A stretch of DNA of 32,000 nt from assembly GCF_000011805.1 (NCBI RefSeq), contig NC_006840.2, one strand, 5' to 3'. Each line of letters starts with the position of its first letter. Position 1 is the stretch's first letter. Source of the DNA: Aliivibrio fischeri ES114. Lineage in GTDB: Bacteria; Pseudomonadota; Gammaproteobacteria; Enterobacterales; Vibrionaceae. This document shows, in pieces, positions 28,516 through 32,000 of this stretch. A program made the position numbers and the translations under genes. The notes under the pieces are model-generated. The model saw nothing but the letters and a program-made list of their open reading frames with translations, searched no databases and had not been told where the DNA came from.

Positions 28516-29081
28516 TACGACGGTTCCTTTTTCACTGGAGGAAGTAATTTAAACGAGACTTCAAAACTACTGACATCATGACCAAATATTTTTTGCCCTG
28601 AGATAATCGAGTGCATTTCTACTGAAGTAATTTGAGAGGAACGCTCTAATTTATCCAACATACTTGCTAGCCGAGAGTTACTATCACTGAATCCCTTAAT
28701 CTCAACTTCCCTTTCATGCATGCGTACTTTATTTAAATAAATACCTTCAGTAATGATGTCGGGTAAAATGTTCAATAACTGAGTGGTTTTGTTTCGGTTC
28801 TGCTGTAATTGTTCGACAACATCAAGACGAGTTAATATCGCTTCATGCTCCTTTCCAACTTCGTTAAGATCTTTTAATTCATTGTTTAACCAAGAGATAT
28901 GTTTTTCTAACGATTGCTTACGTTGTGTCTGAATCGAAACTTGTTGTTCTAAATATTGCGCAATCCCCCATTGAATACCGACAGATAGCGTCACCCCAGC
29001 ACAAAGTAATGCAATAAAACGTTGCTTATATCTTGCTCTCTGCTTTTCTCGCCAAGGTAATAGGTTTATTTGGTAAGCCAT
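28515..29081 (-). CDS. pilN: type IV pilus assembly protein PilN
   Basis: Conserved N terminus INLLPWREK that binds PilM, followed by a TM helix. Overlaps pilM by 16 nt. Confidence 0.85.
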   Translation of the reverse strand: MAYQINLLPWREKQRARYKQRFIALLCAGVTLSVGIQWGIAQYLEQQVSIQTQRKQSLEKHISWLNNELKDLNEVGKEHEAILTRLDVVEQLQQNRNKTTQLLNILPDIITEGIYLNKVRMHEREVEIKGFSDSNSRLASMLDKLERSSQITSVEMHSIISGQKIFGHDVSSFEVSFKLLPPVKKEPS

Positions 29082-30067
29082 TCAATCCCTCTCAATGCCA
29101 ATCCAAGAGCTGATGCGTATTGATTTTTTTGTTCATGAAACGAACCCACTCTTTTCTTTGGTGTTTGAAACAAAGAAAGTAGATTTAAATCCACCGTTGG
29201 TAACGATAGTTCGTAGCTTAACGAATCCGATAACCCTGGTAGCATTGAGCCACCACCAGTAATCCATACGCCTTCAACCTTATGTTGATTAACCGATGAA
29301 TAAAGAGTCACTTGACGATGAATATGTTCAGATAACTGCTTAATAAAAAGCGTCCCAGCGGACAGATCAATTGAGTTATCTTCGTTAGTTGAATTTGTCT
29401 CTTTCTCTTGAGCTATAGCACCAAATAAAATGTGTTTGCTATATAAATGTTGACTCGGAGAAGCAATACAAAAAACAGTTTGCATATAACCAATATCAAT
29501 GAGCATCCAATTTTTTTTATCGGGATAAACCGCTATCGCTCTCTGCCATAAGGTTAAAAGTGCATTTGAATGAGCATCTGCCAGTACAGGTTTAAGTCCA
29601 GCAGATTCAAAACAACGCTGACGAGAGTTAACTAAATCTTTTCGGGTCGCAAAAACTTGGTAAGTGATCGTCTGTAAGCTGCCTGTTCCTCTATGTTCAG
29701 AGGCTACATAATCTATATTCAGATCATCAGATGAAAAAGAAGAGTGCTGTTCAAAATTATGAGCAATAGCAAACTCGGTTTCTCGCTCATCAAGTTGACT
29801 ATCAATTTGAACAACCTTGCTTGTAATACTGCTATCAGGGATAGAGAACGCGACTTGCTTTTGATTTAGCTTTAACTGTTTCTTTATTCGAGATAAGTAA
29901 GGCTTTAATTCTTCGACATTTAAATTATTAGTATCCACAAATACAGATTCAGGCAATAAAACTTCGAAAGAACTAACGAGATCTAATTGACCTTTCTTTA
30001 ACCTTACAGATACGGCTTTAATGCTATGATGCCCTACATCTAAACCTGTAATAGTGGGGTAGATCAT
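29066..30067 (-). CDS. pilM: type IV pilus assembly ATPase-fold protein PilM
   Basis: Actin/FtsA-like fold signatures (GLDVGHHSIKAV..., ITGGGSMLPGL). First gene of pilMNOPQ, divergent from mrcA as in E. coli hofM. Confidence 0.88.
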   Translation of the reverse strand: MIYPTITGLDVGHHSIKAVSVRLKKGQLDLVSSFEVLLPESVFVDTNNLNVEELKPYLSRIKKQLKLNQKQVAFSIPDSSITSKVVQIDSQLDERETEFAIAHNFEQHSSFSSDDLNIDYVASEHRGTGSLQTITYQVFATRKDLVNSRQRCFESAGLKPVLADAHSNALLTLWQRAIAVYPDKKNWMLIDIGYMQTVFCIASPSQHLYSKHILFGAIAQEKETNSTNEDNSIDLSAGTLFIKQLSEHIHRQVTLYSSVNQHKVEGVWITGGGSMLPGLSDSLSYELSLPTVDLNLLSLFQTPKKRVGSFHEQKNQYASALGLALRGIEWLTK

Positions 30068-30201
30068 CCTGATTTAACTCCAAGTAATAAATATCTCAAA
30101 ATTAAGCGTTTATTTGCGTTATTTTTTGTTGTGTTATATTTATACTACTCAGTTATGGGTCAGAAACGATAATACAGATTAAAGTAAACGGGAAATATCA
30201 G

Positions 30202-32000
30202 GTGAAGTTCATAAAGGCACTACTAATAGTTACATTGGTTTGCATAATTCTTGGGGTCACAACAATTTTTGGTTTCTACCAATATGTGAAGCCAGAATTA
30301 CCAGATGTGGCAACATTAAAAGATGTTCAACTGCAAACACCAATGCAGGTATATAGCCGCGATGGTAAGTTAATCGCACAGTTTGGTGAAAAGCGCCGTA
30401 TTCCATTAAAACTGGAAGAAATGCCGCCTCATCTACTTGAAGCCGTCATTGCCACAGAAGATAGCCGCTTTTATAGCCACTATGGTTTTGATCCTATCGG
30501 TATCACTCGTGCCGCCTTTGCTGTATTAGCTTCTGGCTCTGCAAAGCAAGGGGCGAGTACCATTACCCAACAACTTGCGCGTAACTTCTTTTTATCTAAT
30601 GAAAAGAAAATCATGCGTAAAATTAAAGAGATCTTCATTGCCGTTCACATTGAACAGCTATTAACAAAGCAAGAGATCTTAGAACTCTACTTAAATAAAA
30701 TTTACTTAGGTTATCGTTCTTATGGTGTTGGTGCTGCTGCTCATGTTTACTTTGGTAAAGAAGTGAGTCAACTGACCTTAGGTGAAGTTGCTATTATTGC
30801 AGGTTTACCAAAAGCCCCATCAACAATGAACCCAATTTATTCTGTTGATCGTGCAACAACACGTCGTAATGTTGTTCTTGCTCGTATGCTTGATGAAGGC
30901 TACATAACAAAACAAGAATTTGATGATGCAAAGGCCGAGGTGGTTATCTCTAAATACCACGGTGCAGAAATCGAATTACAAGCACCCTATATTGCTGAAA
31001 TTGCTCGTGCTTGGATGGTAAACAAATACGGTGAAGAAGCGGCTTATACTTCGGGTATGAACATCTACACAACCGTAGATTCAAAAATGCAAGCGGCTGC
31101 TAATAAGGCATCAATTGATAACCTATTAGCTTATGACGAGCGTCATGGTTACCGTGGTGCGGTTAAAACCGTATGGGAACCAAAAGCGACACCTCTTGAT
31201 GAAGAAGCAATTACGAAGCACCTTAAAAACGAACCTTCATACGGTGAGTTAATGCCTGCTGTTGTTACTTCAATCAAAGGAAAAACAGCAACGGTTGATA
31301 TTAAAAATAATGGCGTCGCAACTATTCCTTGGGATGGTTTAAAGTGGGCTCGTCGCTTTAAAACAGACAAGCGTCAAGGACCTGCGCCACGTCGTGCTTC
31401 TGATATCTTAGCGGTTGGTGAACAAATTTATGTTCGTCCATTAAGCCAAGAAACCAAAGATGATGTAACAACAACCGTATGGAAGCTAAGCCAAGTACCT
31501 GCAGCGAACACAGCATTTGTTGCTATGGACCCAAGAGATGGTGCAATCACCTCTTTAGTTGGTGGTTTTAACTTTGTTCATAACAAGTTTAACCGTGCAA
31601 CTCAATCTGTTCGTCAGGTCGGTTCAAGTATCAAGCCATTCATTTATTCAGCGGCACTTTACCACGGTAAAACATTAGCTAGTTTAATCAACGATGCGCC
31701 AATTAATACATGGGATGAGAGTCAAGGTACAGCATGGAGACCTAAAAACTCACCACCAACTTATGTTGGCCCTGCTCGTTTACGCATTGGTTTAGCTCAA
31801 TCTAAAAACGTAATGGCGGTTCGTGTTTTACGTGATGTAGGTTTAGATGAAACTATCGATTACCTAACACGTTTTGGTTTTAAGAAAGATGAACTTCCAC
31901 GCTCTGAAACCATTGCTCTTGGAGCTGGTAGTTTAACACCAGTTCAAATGGCACAAGGCTTTGCTGTTTTTGCTAACAATGGTTACTACGTAGAACCTTA
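30202..32000 (+). CDS. mrcA: penicillin-binding protein 1A (bifunctional glycosyltransferase/transpeptidase), 3' end outside the window
   Basis: Not in the ORF track because it has no stop in the window. Own translation from GTG 30202: VKFIKALLIVTLVCIILG...PELPDVATLKDVQLQTPMQVYSRDGKLIAQFGEKRRIP...ATEDSRFYSHYGFD...GASTITQQLARNFF...RKIKE...ILELYLNKIYLG, later VGSSIKPFIYSAAL (SxxK). Collinear with E. coli PBP1A from residue 1. Confidence 0.93.
   Translation, partial: MKFIKALLIVTLVCIILGVTTIFGFYQYVKPELPDVATLKDVQLQTPMQVYSRDGKLIAQFGEKRRIPLKLEEMPPHLLEAVIATEDSRFYSHYGFDPIGITRAAFAVLASGSAKQGASTITQQLARNFFLSNEKKIMRKIKEIFIAVHIEQLLTKQEILELYLNKIYLGYRSYGVGAAAHVYFGKEVSQLTLGEVAIIAGLPKAPSTMNPIYSVDRATTRRNVVLARMLDEGYITKQEFDDAKAEVVISKYHGAEIELQAPYIAEIARAWMVNKYGEEAAYTSGMNIYTTVDSKMQAAANKASIDNLLAYDERHGYRGAVKTVWEPKATPLDEEAITKHLKNEPSYGELMPAVVTSIKGKTATVDIKNNGVATIPWDGLKWARRFKTDKRQGPAPRRASDILAVGEQIYVRPLSQETKDDVTTTVWKLSQVPAANTAFVAMDPRDGAITSLVGGFNFVHNKFNRATQSVRQVGSSIKPFIYSAALYHGKTLASLINDAPINTWDESQGTAWRPKNSPPTYVGPARLRIGLAQSKNVMAVRVLRDVGLDETIDYLTRFGFKKDELPRSETIALGAGSLTPVQMAQGFAVFANNGYYVEP

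Noticed and set aside
30068-30201. Looked for a competence-type CRP-S site (TGCGA-N6-TCGCA) in the pilM-mrcA divergent spacer
   Set aside because: Only a direct repeat of GCGTT (30106-30110 and 30116-30120) is present. There is no palindromic CRP or CRP-S match, so no regulatory call is made.
31149-31370. ORF 31149..31370(-)
   Set aside because: Antisense to mrcA, which is continuously open and PBP1A-like on the + strand.
1-32000. Search for a novel accessory, defence or mobile system (integrases, transposases, toxin-antitoxin pairs, nucleases, repeats arrays, tRNA insertion sites)
   Set aside because: Every sizeable ORF has a confident housekeeping identity in a syntenic context known from Vibrio and E. 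coli. No direct or inverted terminal repeats, tRNA genes, CRISPR-like periodicity or unexplained gaps over 410 bp were seen. I therefore do not claim a new system.

Overview
This window looks like conserved core chromosome from an AT-rich gammaproteobacterium. Protein sequences and gene order (CRP, HslVU, CytR-FtsN, Dam-DamX-AroBK-PilQPONM-PBP1A) suggest Vibrionaceae, Aliivibrio/Vibrio-like; this is inference only. Gene order: 3' end of a GH13-type amylase, lamB, malM (+) | short MaeB-type malic enzyme, rpmE (-) | priA, cytR, ftsN, hslV, hslU (+) | yhfA-like OsmC protein (-) divergent from crp (+) | DUF1338-like gene, astD, astA, argD/astC, pabA, trpS, gph, rpe, dam, damX-like gene, aroB, aroK, pilQ, pilP, pilO, pilN, pilM (all -) divergent from mrcA (+). 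mrcA runs off the window end and is missing from the ORF track because it has no stop codon here. Coding density is high and the intergenic hairpins look like ordinary intrinsic terminators. I see no tRNA/rRNA, CRISPR, transposase/integrase, prophage or recognisable defence/toxin module, so I do not find a convincing novel accessory system. The most unusual items are: (1) the DamX-slot protein, which fuses an ExeA/GspA-like P-loop domain to a TM helix and a SPOR domain downstream of the PilQ secretin operon; (2) a DUF1338/HglS-like protein coupled to astD in an ast cluster with no astB/astE in the window; (3) a canonical terminator hairpin between argD and astA. Several regulatory sites are also readable: MalT boxes, CRP sites and a sigma32 promoter. 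The six-frame ORFs over-extend the N termini of priA, hslV, ftsN, astA, trpS and the DUF1338 gene, and about 25 listed ORFs are antisense or shadow frames.
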